The notes under the pieces: generated by a model | Told to the model about the DNA's origin: nothing | What the model saw: only the letters and a program-made list of their open reading frames with translations | Databases searched by the model: none | In this document: positions 1-17,074 of the stretch, piece after piece | Numbering within the stretch: position 1 is the stretch's first letter | Layout: the number at the start of each line of letters is the position of its first letter | Assembly: GCA_012295275.1 (NCBI GenBank) | Contig: CM022677.1 | Location: forward strand, 25,916,001-25,980,000 | Direction of reading: 5' to 3' | Origin: Chrysomallon squamiferum | Lineage: Eukaryota; Animalia; Mollusca | Length of the DNA stretch: 64,000 nucleotides | Position numbers and translations under genes: made by a program

Positions 1-1388
1 TGCTCATCCAACAAAGAAAAATATTTTTTTTTTTTTTTTGCTCCCAATCACTTGAAGCTGCCCTCCAGTTAAACTAGTCTTATAATGATAAATATTTGTT
101 TCTCAGCTTAGCCTAGCAAGAAAGGTGCCAATGATTAGGCTTTGTCCCATGATGCACACAGTTCTTGTAGACTACCAGGGACCGGTTTATGCTGTAGTCT
201 GTGTTTAAACTCAGAAAGAGAAAATTAATCAACCAAACCAGACATCACGATGTGCAGCAAGGAAAGTGATAGCCATTTTAATAGTTAATATTATCATTTT
301 ACCAAGATATGAAAATTATAAAATAATAGGATATATTTCTTAATATAGTTTTAAATAAATAATTACTATAATTATTTTTGTTTAGATTGTCAATAATTTA
401 TAAATACTAATTTTCCATAAATTATTATTATTATTATTGTTATATAGAGGTCAATATGCATTTGTTGGGAACAGATATAAGTAGTGGAGTGCTGGATGAA
501 AACAATATGCAAAACAAAATCACCACCTTGTTCTGTCTCTGTCTCTTTGTATCTTGTCCCTGATATAAGAACCCAAGATAATGACAAAAGGCTACTTGTA
601 CAATGAAACATTTCACACCTAATTACCCTTGTAATTTATTTGAATATTAACTTGTTGCTTCAGGACAGTTATAACAACTTGACAGTCATGAATTTTTCTC
701 TACAGTTTTGCGTATGCCAATTACAGTCTTACCCGAATGAAAAATGTATTATTCTTTATTAAACTTGATCTTACTAGTGATTTATTACTAATAAAATAAA
801 TCAATTTACTGAGAGCTGTTTTTCAAGTCATGTAACAACAACCTGGGAGAGCTAAAACAAAAGATTAGTTAACCTGTGCTTATTGTAAGCCCCTCCCTGA
901 CAAACAATGGATAGAAAAAGGTCCTGAGAACTGTGCTAAACGAAGGACATGGTCAGAGAGAACAAGGAGCAGTGTAGTCCACACTGTAACACAACACTCA
1001 CAGCTTTGTGTAATTTGTCTCTGTACTTGAGTGATTTCGATAATGTCTTCTCATGTTTGATTGTAGCCTCTGTTCTACACCAAACCTTATACAGCCAGAT
1101 AAAACATTTTACATAATGTGTGCTGATTGAAAGAGGACTGCCACTTTACAGGTGTTTTTTTTTACTAAAATTATTGCAACCAATCATTTTGGCAAGAGTA
1201 AAATATATTAACATGTTTAAACTGAATGTACAGTACAGTACAGCTCCTGTCATCTACAGTAATATCTGATTTATTTCAAAAGCAGATCTGAAAATTTAAC
1301 AAAATTCTAATTTATTATTTTCATTTATGCTTTTGCAATTGATATAATTACTGAAATTTATAAATCTTTTAATGAAACATGTATTGAT

Positions 1389-1433
<45 letters not shown>

Positions 1434-4400
1434 TATAACAATAACATAATAATAAAATAAAAGAATAAAGATAAAATTCCTCTTGTTGATTTATTGGTGT
1501 CATATAGGCCTACTTAAATTGATCTGAAAAAAATAAAAAAATAAAAAAAATAATAATAAAAACTAAATAAAATAAAAATGAATTCATCACTAAAATAACC
1601 ATTTAATTACAATTTTTATTTAAAATGTGTAATTCAATATGGTCATTCAAATTGAATTTTCAAGATTCAAAATAGTTTGCTATAATTTGTTAGCACTGTG
1701 TGTATTTATTTCTTATAAAATGAACTGTCAATAAAAAGATTAAATACAAATTTTAAGGTTAAAAAAATGTATTTTAGTAAGCTGGGTAATGCAACTTTAT
1801 TGCTTTTAATTTCTGCAGAATGATATTAATTGTTGAGCAGTGTCAGGTGGGTGTCAGTATTTACTGTGTCTGGCCGTCTGCCATATTACTTTCTGGCTGC
1901 TTGTGAATCGGGCAGATTACAACAAATTTATTTTTATTACAAAGTCAGAAAATCTCAACACAATTATTTATTTATATTTTATTTAGTCTTGTTTTGTTTT
2001 ATTAATACTGGCTTCCTAATGAAATTATTCTTTGTTTTGTTTATTTTTTATTTTATTATATTTTATTTTATTTTATTTTATTTTATTTTTTTTTTTTTTT
2101 ATTTCATTTTGCAATTACTAGATTACTCGGTGAAATAACACTTTGTTTTGTTAACTCTTTAAAAACACCTTTAAAAAAAACCTTAAAAAATATATCATAC
2201 CAATATTTCATCCTTCTACAACTGTCTCTTAATGCTAACAGTCTCTATACAAAACATTCACTAAACCTAGTCAACATGAATTTACTTTACAACAAGAATA
2301 CTGCTACAATGACCTTGTTCACTAACTTCAAAAAATAAAGATAAAAACAAAAAAGAACTAAAAAATAAGTTATGCATTTTAAACAAGAACTGCATAATTA
2401 AAATAAAAAAAACGTGATCTGGGATATTAGTAACAAAACAAGTTAATCAGCCCGTGATACACCTGGCTAATCTGCCGTACTGTAAGCTTAGATTACAAAC
2501 CAGATTTTTACACAGTGTCACGGTGTATGAACACCAGATTCAAACAATCAGTGTGTGTTGAATCTGCACACATTAGTTAACACACTCAAATACTGTGTTT
2601 TAGCCACACATTCATCTTTTAAGTTAATTAACAGTCCTATAAAAGGTGTATTAATTAAACATACATATAAAAAAAAAAAAATTATAAAAAACCTGTAAAT
2701 ATTTTAATGAAACTAAATGAAGGCAAAACATGTGAACTGTTTATTTTAACTCTGATTCTGACTAAAAATATAAAAGAGCATTACCTGTGTAAGTTGAAAG
2801 TCCACCTGGACTGACCACATGGAGTGAAAAGTCGAGTGTTTGGCATTGTGTAAATTCCTCCAGTGTTTAGCAGCACAACAACACAACTATGTGAAAAGAA
2901 ACCAACTTTAAGTCTTCTCTCCAAGCTGCCACTGTATTCAAGTCCTGTGTAGGCCATGCCACGTGCTTGCTGCCATAGCAACAGCTAACAACGGGTACAG
3001 TTAAGGGTGGAAGATATAATAATGCACTTGAGTGAGGCCCTGTTTAGGCTGCTTTGTTTGCTTCGAGGCCTCTACAGTGAAGTGTAAATTCCTGTGCTTG
3101 ATATACACATGTAGACAAAGGTCTGATCATGTAAAACTGTGAATTTAAAAGTATACAAGTTATACAGAATTTTAAGTGTTTATTTTATTTCTGGTATGTT
3201 ATAATAATAACAACAATACAAGTAATTACAATACAGAAGCTGATATTTAACACACTTTGTATGCATCACATTTAAGATATATTAAGAAAAAAAAAAACAC
3301 TAGAACTTGGAAGCAAGAGAATTATTAATATTAACTAGATTCAAAAACTGGATCAGGTTTTTAAAGTGGATTAAAAATTAAATTTTAATGACAATTTTCA
3401 CACATATATTCCCTTGTTTCAGAAAAATGTACAAAAATGAAAAAATAAAATAAAACTGCAACTGGTTTGTTGTTGTGAATATAAAAATGCACACACACAT
3501 ATATACACCTCCAATACGAAGAGCAAACCAAATACAATACATCCTGAAACTGAGAACAGTTCTCCAAAAAACTCAAAACAGTAACAGTTAAAGTTTTGAT
3601 AAAAAATTTCTTCTTGTAGAAAAGGCTGTATTTAAAGAACAAAGTTTTTTAAAATTACAAAATCCATGATAGATGTAAAATATTTATGTACACCATAGTG
3701 CACAGATACAATACAGAAAATCAAAATTTATTACTTATTCCACAGTAGAGATATTCTAAGTTAAAAAGTTATAAATTAGAAAACCTTTACTTATTTCAAA
3801 GCAGAGATATTACTTATTTCACAGTAGAGATATTACTTATTTCACAGTAGAGATTTTCTAATTTAAAAAAATATAAATATTCCAAGTTTAAAAAGTTATT
3901 AGAAAAAACTGAATTGATCCACAATAGAAAATTACAAATACTGAAGTTATAAAGTAGAGAAAGTTAAAATAAAATGAAAATTATAGAAATATTAGCTATC
4001 TTACATAAGAGATACAAGTTATATAAAAACATAAAACTACATCTTATTCTGAGGGTAAATGAAAAGGGCAGTGGTAGATGACCTTGTTACAATAAAAATG
4101 TTTAAGAAAATGTTCTAGAATACTGTGACTGTACTAGAACTAACAAAACTGTCATTTGCTGTCTCCTCACAAAGCAGCAAAGAAACAACTGATTGATAAA
4201 TGTAAACAAACTGTCATACAAGTGAACCAGTTAAACTTCAGTGAAAAATGCTGTAATTCAAAACTAGTGTCTACATTTACAGACGAAATTAAAACATCTC
4301 ACTATTTCGTATGTAGACAGGTTTTCAAGATAAAAATAGAACAACAGCAAAATAAAAGAAAGAAAGAAAGAAAGAAAAGCAAATTTAATAAAACTTTTAT

Positions 4401-6551
4401 CACCTTTGCTCTTTTTTCTTTTTTTAGTTATTAAAAGAAAATAACAATAGAAACAACAATAGTAATAGCAAAAGTAATTGTAATAGTAATAGTGAACGTA
4501 ATAATAATATACAACACATACACACTTTTAATACATTTTATATTAACTTTAGATCTGTGTATGTATGGTGTAAAAGTTGAGTGTGACTAAGTGTGCATGC
4601 TTATGTATAGACACATATTCACACACACACACACACACACACACATTAAATATGAAGTTTTTTTAACAGTTAAAATGTTAGTATTACCTAAGACAAAAAG
4701 ACAAAAAAAAAAAGCAGTGTGATTATTAAACTGGCTCTGCACAGACAGGTCACCTATCTGGTGCTTGAACACACAGAATAAACAAATAAATTTGTGTTTG
4801 AACTGTCTTTAGAAATATCTACACACCATTCAACACACACTTCAGAAATGATCAGTTCTATTAATCATTATAAAGCTGTAGAAGCAGAAATATAAACATG
4901 TTTTCATTTTTAATATTCACCTACAGCCAGGTGTGTGTGTTTGTGTCTGGGTGAGAGGAAGGGGGAGGGAGGGAGGGAGGGAAGAAGGAAGAGAGAGAGA
5001 GAAGTGCTTGTGAAACTGTCATAGTTTTAGGTTAAAATTAATGTTTGTGTTAAATAGTCATTACAAACTGGATTAATTTTTGTATTAAACAGCAATTACA
5101 TCTTGATATGTTGTACTCGTGTCAGGATGTCCAGTCACCATTTCCAACTGATTAATGAATGATATTGACATAGTCGTTCTTTCTGTGGGAAGGTGTGTGT
5201 GTGAAAGATTACTGATGCTAAACGACAGTAGTTCATGCAGTGATAAAAAGTCATCAACCTCTGTACAATGAAATACTCTCTCTACTGACTATTACTAATT
5301 AGAATCTGAAATTTGGTGATTTTATTAAATTTTTTATATAAAATCAAACCAAAAAATTAACAGTAATTTAAAAAAAATAAAAATAAAAATAAAATAATAA
5401 AAAACGATTGGAAAACATATTGATAAGGAATCAATCATTAATATCTATTACTATTACTGCTATTATTATTATTGTAATTATAATAAAGAAATGTTATATG
5501 TGTTGTGTATTTACAGATCATGTTCAGAACATGCCCAGACAATGAGCCTTTACCTAATTTTTTCTTAACTGGATCATTTTCAGAAATCCTGTACTTCATA
5601 AAATGTTTAATTTGTTTTTATAAACATTTTATTATTTACTTCTGACAATTTTAATACAGGTACAAATGGGAGATATCTTGACGGTAAAATTTTAATGCAA
5701 AAAAAAAGAAAAAAAAATAAAGAAAAAAAGAGAAAAATATATATATACAAATATATAAAAAAAAACATATAAAATAAAGATGGAAGAAAAATGAAGATAA
5801 ATTAAGAATTAAATAATCACAAATAATCCTTTACTTTAGGGCTTCTGGAATACCTCAATGGCCACATTTTCTTATTAATTTATTTTATGTTTGAGTATTC
5901 CAGTCATGCACTTTCATGACGACATCAGTACAGGGCCAACCTTTCAAAATACTGTGAAAACAAAATGGCTGACACGCAGGTTCATCAATTCTATCCTCTG
6001 TTGAAGAAAAAGTTGGTGGACTGAACTAAAAGAAAATGGTAGACAGTTCAGCTACTGGTTGATGCCGATCAATCAAATGATCTGGGTCAGGTACAAGCTG
6101 TGAAGAATGCTGTGAAGAATTCTGGGAGTCAAAGGGTTTAGGAGACTAGATTTACGAGGAATAAAGAATGATAAAAAGTTTTTAAAAATAATTATTTAAG
6201 AATAAGAAAGTGAAATACAACACCCCTGTTGAGGAGAAAAGGTAAGAAAATCGAGTGATTTAACTGCCACCCATAGGCCGGGACGAGTGCAATACAGATT
6301 TCACACACATGCATTGCCCACATTCCAGCCTGCAGGAGACGTTTTCAAATATCACAACTAAAACATGTTTATAAGTGAAAGAAAAACCTCACTGATTTAT
6401 TGTTGTGTTAAAGGAAATGAAAAGAGGACAACCTAAACATATGGCAAAGTTTTAAAAATTAATCAAAAAGCAGTTATTCAGTAGCTTCACTCATACAAAC
6501 AAAAAAACAGTAACACTGATAATACTGTTCTGCTGTAAAATAACTACCTAC

Positions 6552-6598
<47 letters not shown>

Positions 6599-9500
6599 CG
6601 AGAAATAATTTCGATTTTTATTCTGTGCTTTTATCTTTTCAAGTAGTGGTGAACTCACAGTACACTGCAATTCCACTTAAAGTACCACAAACACCAAACT
6701 GAAGTCAATTGTACTGACTATTTGATTTTTTTTAAATTTTGTATCACAATGCAAAGTAATAATTTCAGTTATTTCCATTTTAATTTTTAGCATCAAGATA
6801 ACTTATTTCACTATAGCACATGAATATTTAAAACTTTTATAGTAATTTAAGTTGTAATTTGTTTTAATCATAAATCTCAGTAAAAACTATTCATTTCCCA
6901 TCATACACACACATGCACTTTTGTGCAAAAAAAGATGACGTACATTTATTAAGAATATGAAATTTGTTTTGTTTCATTTCTGTATCTGACTGAAAGTGTT
7001 ACCGTTGAGTACAACACACTGCACTGGAAATCATTTATCATTAAACAGATGAAAAAAATATCACAGATCATGAAAGCAGCCAAACAAAGCAATTCACTTA
7101 CTTGTAACAGAATCCAAAACAAATGTAACCATTTTGTATCTTTGTAAAACCACACCGGTCTACCTGATAATCCAAGTCACCAGTTGTCTTTTACTGGGTG
7201 ATAGCTTGTTTATTTCCTGTTCTAAGCACATCAAAGGCTCATACTTATAAAAACATCATCACTGTGAGCGTTTGTTGCTTCTCCCACAGACAACAACTTT
7301 TACTGAAACATAAAATAACAATTGTTATGACAATCTAAATTTAATTTTGAGTCTGAGGATTAAAAAATAAATACAAAATGTTTAAGTGTGACTGAATTAA
7401 TGTTAGAGAACACCACAGCAACAACAACAGTAACAATAAAAATAAAATAAAAAAATAAATAAATAAATAAAGCGAAAACATAAAATACCCTCTTGTTGTC
7501 ATAATAAAGTTAAGAATTAATTTTTTCAAATAAACAGGGGTTAAAGGTTTAACATTTAAATATGGTTTGACAGATTGAAACTAGTTGAGGACAAGGTGTG
7601 TGCAGTCCATCAGACATCATTGTTTGAAAAACATCTTGTAACTGGATGAGTATCAGGACAATCCATAAAGAAATGTTCAATTTCAAAATTCAGTGTTTAC
7701 ACTTAGCTGGATTAGCTTTCTTCGAAACAATATTGAACAGAACTGAGTTGCCTTTAATATCACCAATGAAAAAATGGTAGTTTCAATGTTCTTGTTACTA
7801 CTGCCTTACTTTCTTCTTTTTTTTTATTATTAGCAAAGGTTATGTAAACAATAATTTTAAATTTACATTTACATGCATGAAGTATTAATTATTATTAAAA
7901 AAAGAAGACAAAAAAGTTATTTAAAATGATAAAATCATTGAATCAAGCTTGAGTAAAAATTAAACAGTAAAATTAAAACTTTAATCTGCTGAGAAGTAAA
8001 TGTAGTGTAGTTTGGGAAAAAAAAGAAGGAATTAATTATGCATGAGAAACAATATTTTTGTTTACAGAAATATAATTCAGGAAAAGATATATAAATATAT
8101 ATATATATATAAAATTATAAAGCAAGACATTTAAAATATATATATGTGTATATATTCTTACCACAAATAATTATGGCACACTGAAGTCAAATGTCAAGTA
8201 TACACTGTTTGGTCAACGCTCCAGTTTGTAGACTTTCTACTGTAGATAAAGTTCATAATCACCATCTCTGAGAAAATATACCTGAAATGTGCAAACAGTA
8301 GATTAGAATTAAACTGACCATTCACTCCATGTTTGCCTCTCTATTAACAAGTCACACACACTGTATTGTACACTCTCTCTAGTACAGTCTTGTTCCTGAC
8401 TTTATTTACCAGCCGACAAACGAGTGTTTAAAAATGGAAGAAAAGTCTCACGGTTGCCACAGGTAACTGACACATGCATCAAAGTTTGTGTGCTCTTTCT
8501 TACCTCAGACCTGCTACCCGTGAATACATTAATGTGTATTTTCTATTTTAATAAAAGAAACATATATTTGTCCACTTATTTCAGTCTTTTTTTTTCACAA
8601 GTATAAAGGGTTAAATAAAGTTATGAAAACAATTTTTGTTTCTTTTTCTAAAAATAACTATAGACAATCTTCATTATATTGGCCAAACATCATGATACTG
8701 CTATGACAGACTACATGTTGCATTCAGTGCTGTCACCAGTTTGTATTTCCCATTCAACTTCATACATCACTGGCTAGAATAAACAAAAATAAAATAGCAA
8801 TATAGCATTTACAGATTTGACAGTGGACGCATTATAACCAAATTAAATTAGTTGTCTGAAGATTAACACCTTTAACCATTTTATCATATCTGCTGTTGAA
8901 AAATTGGCCACGCAAGGAAATGTGTGTGGAGTGTTTGTCTCAGTGTGTGTACAATTATGTATGTCTGTATTAAAACTGAAGGAGGTTAAGTTAAAAAAAA
9001 ATTTGCAGTAAAATTACAAGTTAGAACATGAACAGATTGAAAGAAAAAAACCAAACCATTTAAACACAAATCTGCCAATATTTTACAGTTGTGATAAGTT
9101 GTCTGTTCTGCTGTCAGTCTAACAGTTAACTTATCTCACTACGAAATAAACCTATCTACATTTCATTTCAAAACCAATAAAAGAAATCATTCTGAAAGTA
9201 CATTTGGAATACTTATATCAATTAAATGTCATGTGTTCACTTAGAGTAGTAATAAATTACTTCACTACTCAAATGCTAATGCTGGTTACTGGATAAAGCA
9301 ACCTTTCAACTCTTTCCCTTTCAAATAAAGAGGGAAAACAGGTCAGAGTTCAGGTAAGATAAAAAAGGTAGAAAAGTTGTAGTTGTTGACAATTTAACTG
9401 ATTAGTAAAAAATAGCAATCTGATTATTTCTGTATTCACACATATACACAAACACACACACACACACACACACAAAAAAAAAAAAAAAAATTTCATATTT

Positions 9501-10117
9501 AGCTTGATATCATTATAAAATACTAGAAAAGAATTTTGAAAATTATTAGCACATTATCTTGGCCAGATTTGGTGAATGGTTTTTACAATATCAACCCTTG
9601 GGTAAATGCAATGGATACGCATAAACTCAGTCAAGTACTGATTTACCCTTATCTGCTAGGTAACAATTTAAAAGAAGCAAATAAATAAATAAATAATAAT
9701 AAAGATACTGTAAAACAAATGCATAATTCAGTTTGTAATCAAAGTATCCAAACATTCCATTTATTTACTCAAAATTTAACTGAACAAGACTGAATAAAAA
9801 TTCAGCAACTATGAAACTTAAGTTTAAATACTGAAGCAGTAAAAGCACATATATAAAAATAAATGTAACTGGAACTAAAAAAGTTAGATTTCACACACGC
9901 ACACACACCATCACAACAGACTGTACTGCACATTAAAATGTGGTAATTCATCTTTTTCCTTAGAAACAAATGCGTAGTGTTCAGCAACGCATACATGAAA
10001 ATTAAAAGGTTCTCTCTCTCACACACACACACAGAAGGGTAAATATACATACAGGGTTTTGATGCATCTAAAATCATTTTTGAATGACATTTATATTTAT
10101 ATGAAATAAATAACTGT

Positions 10118-11537
<1,420 letters not shown>

Positions 11538-14217
11538 GCCTAAGCCACACTGCAAATTTTAAATCAAATTTTAAATGTAAGTTAAATCAGACATTAACCC
11601 TGATCTCAACATACCTGATTATACTCACACATACACATACCCTAACCTCCAAATAATAACCTTAACCTCCACATTACACATCGTAAGTCTTAAATCACCT
11701 ACACACACTCATACACACTAACCATAAACACCACACACACATTGTAAATCTTCCTTTCACTTTGTGCTGCTTTCATTATTTCTTTCTTCTTCTTTTTCAA
11801 AATGTACTTATTTTTTTTTATAGTAATATATATATGCAGTTTTTTGTTACTGTCACCAAGCTTTTGTACTGTAGATGTGTAACGGTGGATTATCAATCAG
11901 ATTCTTCAGGTTTGTCTATTTATATACAACTGATTTAATATGCATCCTGTCTTTTGTTGAACACCATGGAGACTGCTGGCTAGCTTAAAGAATGCACTGC
12001 TATTATACCCACTACCAAGGCATTGTTTGTGTGACTTTGACAATATGGTTAAGAACATATCATCTGATATACCAAGCTTTGAAACTTGTCTGTTTTGTCC
12101 ACTCATGTCTAGTTTTGTTCCGAACTGGTTTAGTAAAAATTAATTGTTGAAATAAAAATAAAATCTCTGATTATACTTATTATTTTTCAAGTATGTAAAT
12201 AATTGATTGACACCAGGCAAATTTTATATATATATATATAAATATAAATATATATCATTAATTAAGGAGTAACTCATATAACATGAGTTAAAAAACATGT
12301 CTGTAAGGTGATATTACTAAAGAATTAAGAAAACAAAGAAAAATATGGTTACATTTGAAAGAAGCTGTTGAATGGTCATAATTCACGTATTACAGTATTA
12401 CAGTAAACTGTGGCCTTCCTGCAAAACTATTACATGTAGCTGAAAAATACATCAACCACGGTGTATCACATATACATACATACATTCACAATACATTCAC
12501 AATACATACACAAACACACACACACACACACACAAATAAATAAAGGACATATAAATTCATATTTACTGGTAAGTGCAATATTGCTGATCAAATGCATGAA
12601 TAGATGAAATCAGCAGAAGAAACATATAAAATTCAGAAATCTAGGATTTTTCAAGCAACTCTCCCAACTAACAAGTTGTAGCCCTAGCAAACAGTAGGAT
12701 CTCAGCCTATCAAAGAATTCAAATCAGATTTCCTTGACAAACCCAATGATTACAATTTATGTTGCGCAGACGCAAAATCAAAGACCTTTGTGAAAGCATC
12801 TGAAATCATTTTTGCTATACACATCATAATCAGCTTTGGTATATGCTCCCAGTGAGTTATAATACAAACACTGCGAAACAAAGAGTAATGTCAGATCTGC
12901 TATCTGTTCAGCATCTCCAACAGAATACAACACTGACCAGTGAGTGGATGTTGCAAGTTCAGTTTTGTTCACAATCATTCTAACAGTAGTAGAGGTAAAA
13001 ACAAAGCATCTAAGAACTGAATATTTAAAAATAACAATAATTTAAAATAGATTTTACATATATAAACAGCAGAAAACTATCAAGACAGCAAGTCCCTGGT
13101 TCATTGTGATAGAAAGAGACAAAAGATGAAGTTAAAATAATAATAATAATAGCAACAACAGTAACAATAATAACAATAGTAATAATAACAATAACAGTAA
13201 CAGTAATAAATTATAAAAACTATTTTCCAAGGATAAAAACATTGAAAGGTATTATGAAGATGTTTTTTCTTACCACTGTTTTTTTCATTTTATTTAAATC
13301 AGCAAACTGTTTTATTTGTTTTAAGAAAGAAACACATTTTTTTAGATTTAGCCTTAGACTGGTACTGTCACAGATTTTACTTGTTTCTGCAACCTTTCAT
13401 TTGAAACCTTTAAAATAATAATAATAATAAGGTATATAAATAAATAATAACAGTAATAATTAAAAAAAATAAAAATAGATAATTAAAATCAAAAAAGGAC
13501 AACTACCCTTCAAACAATATTCTACATCATGGCAATATATAAACACTGTTGGGTTTTTTATGGTGATTTCTGAAAGGGTGACAGCTTCCAAAAAATGATT
13601 ATTATAAGTTAACTGTAATACTATCACACATACACACACACACACAAACAAACATGGACACAAACTACATTTTCAAATTAAATTAATAAAACTGGGCAAG
13701 GGAAACATGTCCTCTTATTTCATGTTCAGACTTGTAATAAAATTTCTTTGTTCATTGACAATGAAAAGAATATTATTAAACAAGTCTAATGAAAGTACTA
13801 TCATAACAAGATTTCACTTGTCATAAATTTACTATACTAATTTACCACTTGATTTCCCATCTTGGAGTACATTAAAAAAGTCCTTTTCTCTAAACAGATA
13901 AAATTTGTTATTATTTTTGTGTAAACTATGCATTAATTTTGCAAAACAAACCTATTGTCAATTACAAAAAAAATAATATTTAAAAAATTTAAGAATTTAA
14001 AAATATGTAAAACATCAAAATATGTTTATATATTATACCATTTACGTAATGATTATCTATAAATTAATATTTAACTTTTTTGCCAATGCTTTCTAAAAAG
14101 TGACACTTCAGAGCCAGTGTTTAAAAAAATCAAACAAAAAACCCAGTTTGTCAAAGGTTGCTTTTAACACAGAAATTTAATCCAGTCATTTTAATGCTTT
14201 CTAGTCATTTCATAGTT

Positions 14218-14271
<54 letters not shown>

Positions 14272-14983
14272 ATTATTTGCAGTTACACAGGAGAGATAGA
14301 AAACGTTGGTCACAAAATTACATCAAATGCTACAACCCTTCAACCTAAACTAAACATTTTTATTTAAATTCCAAAACATCAATTAACAAACCCAGCTCAA
14401 TGAAATTAATATCCATTTTTGTATAATTACTGATCATAATAAAAAGTATTATTGGACATTCCAGTTTGAAAGTTATAATATCAAAGAAGCATTTTCAAAT
14501 AAAAAATTAGTGAATTTTTTAAAATCAATAAACAACAACAACAACAACAACGACAATAATAGTAATACTGAGAGTTACAGTCACAGTTTGTACAAAAATA
14601 ATGTCACAGACTACTTACAGCAACTAAGAAATGTCTTAATCCACATATTAAACAATATATTAACAGTCACATTAATATTAATTTTCATGACTCGAATATT
14701 CTACATGTGATAAGAAACACAGAAGATATCTCTATGTTAATACAATTTCCTTTTCATTGAAACAGTCTACAGTTCTTCACATTTTGAAACTTACAATTCA
14801 GAGTCACAAATCTACAAAGCACAATAACATGTCAAATATATCATGATTTTTTGTGCACCACAAAACTGGTGAAATAATTCACACTGCAGTTCATTTGATA
14901 AAACTTCTTTTCAGTTTGAATCAGATCAGCCAACTTAACTTTAAAAATAAATCATTTCTTTAATTATTAGAAACGATAAACAA

Positions 14984-15014
<31 letters not shown>

Positions 15015-17074
15015 CGCCAGAACCTGGTTTTATAGGAACACACATTTCTAGCATAAGGAGTAACTGTTAAAAATAAAATACAAATAGTAATCATATTCAC
15101 TGTTGTTAAAACGGACATTACTGGTTTACAGGTAATAGTTAAAAATAGAACACTAGTGTTAAAAGAATAAATAGTATTAACACAAGTGTTAAAAATAAAT
15201 ATATATCAGAAATGTTATAATATAACTGCAAACTAGAAAAATGCTTCACTTTACTATCAAGGGCAATAGTTCAGTAACATTCTATGTAGTAAATGCAAAA
15301 GCAAAAACAACAACAGTAATAAACAAACAGCATTAAATAGTTGCAGTAAAAGACAAGATTAAACATACAATTTATCAACACTGAAAAAAATATTATATGC
15401 AGTTAAACTAATAAAAATTAAATCAAAGTTTACTTACTTCTTTTTTTTTTTTTTTTTTTTTTTTTAATAAATGTGTCATGGAAACAAACAATAAAATATT
15501 CATAAAGTTATTAAACTTTTTATAAGTCCTTAGTTTAAATAACTAACCGTCAGAAGTAATAGGTTTACTTGCTCTCTTTTTAATCTGCATTCGGATATAA
15601 AAAATGTTTTTCTTAATTATTTTTTTTTTTGTTATTTTTAAATAAGAAAATCAGGGGTTATGAACTTTTAAAAGTTTTAACAAATTTTGAAACTTTGTCC
15701 AATGAAAATGCTAATTAAGTAAATATCATAAAATTTAAAATCATCATCAAATGAAAACGAAAAATGTTATTTGTACTTTTGTGTTGCAGCTGAACATAGG
15801 TAAACAAAAGTAGGGTACAACAAAGACAAACGAATGACACAGCATCATTAAAAATACAGTTCCTGCCACTTGGCCTTTCACCTGTACGCTATATATAATT
15901 ACTTGTTATCTATAATTCAGTTAACAATTCATTTAAAAACGTGATTTAGTCGTTATTTTACCACTTGTCACACTTACACTGTTGTCAATCATAACAATAA
16001 GGAGAAAACTTAAAAATATTTTTTTTTTTTTTAAAGTGTCCTAAACAGACCCATTTTCACGTCTGCTGTCCATGTGGCCTACTTTGTCAACTCGAGTGTC
16101 CCATGAAGCTAAAAGTGCTCTAATCACAATTAGGTAATTCCATTTTTGGTTCAAAAATTAATTTGAAGTTTAGCAAAACGGGTGTTATACAATTCTGATT
16201 AATTATATAACACAAACCTGCTATTTTCAGTGAAATCAACTTTCCCGCGAACTTTGCAACTCTAGCAATGGCGGCTGTGACATGCGAAGACCTATCCCAT
16301 AATTCCTTTTCTGTTCATTTGCAATCTATTCGCGCGCTTGACCACTTTGGAGTAGGCACGTTAGAGCTCGGCATTTTCTTTTCTGTTTTATTTTTTCTTC
16401 TTTTCTTTTTTTTTTTTTTTTTCTTTTCTTACTTTCTTAGTTTTTCTTTTTAAACTTTTTTTTTTTTTTTTAGTTTATAATTCTAAATCAGAAAGATAAA
16501 AGAAAGTGCATACAGGTGAATGTCGATAAGGTTAAATAACAGTGGCAGTTTTTTTTTCTTTAAACTTTAGACGAGATTTTATCAGATTTTAACGTTGAAT
16601 GCTATTAAAATAAATTCAATACACTAAATACTCTGTGATCCTAAATTTCGAAAATAAATTGAAGTTACCTACTTTTATCACCTGTAGAACTGGTCTTCAT
16701 TTAACTTTTTCTTGTTACGTTGTAAAATTTGGAAGTTTATGTTAGATTTGAAATCAGGAGTGCTGTCACTTTCTTTTTTCTTTTCTTTTTCGCTGTTATT
16801 TTATTTATTTATTTATTTATTTATTTATTCATTTATTTATTTCGAACATCCACATGACTAGATAAAATTAAACTTTAAAACAGATTTTTTTTCTTCTGGT
16901 CTTTTCGTTAACGATAATTATTATTATTCTGACATCCAGATTCCAAACAAGCAATGATGGAAATGGCGGGTCCCTCCCCCCCAGAACTTTTATTTTCTGT
17001 ACTGGTATCATGTCAGAGATGCTATTTAGCAAACCAGTAGAGTAAATATTTTATTATTTAATGAAAGATGTGTA

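Noticed and set aside
16031-16370. TTAAAG-starting complex segment resembling a DNA transposon end
   Set aside because: No matching opposite terminus or target-site duplication was found by eye. A repeat-library search is needed.
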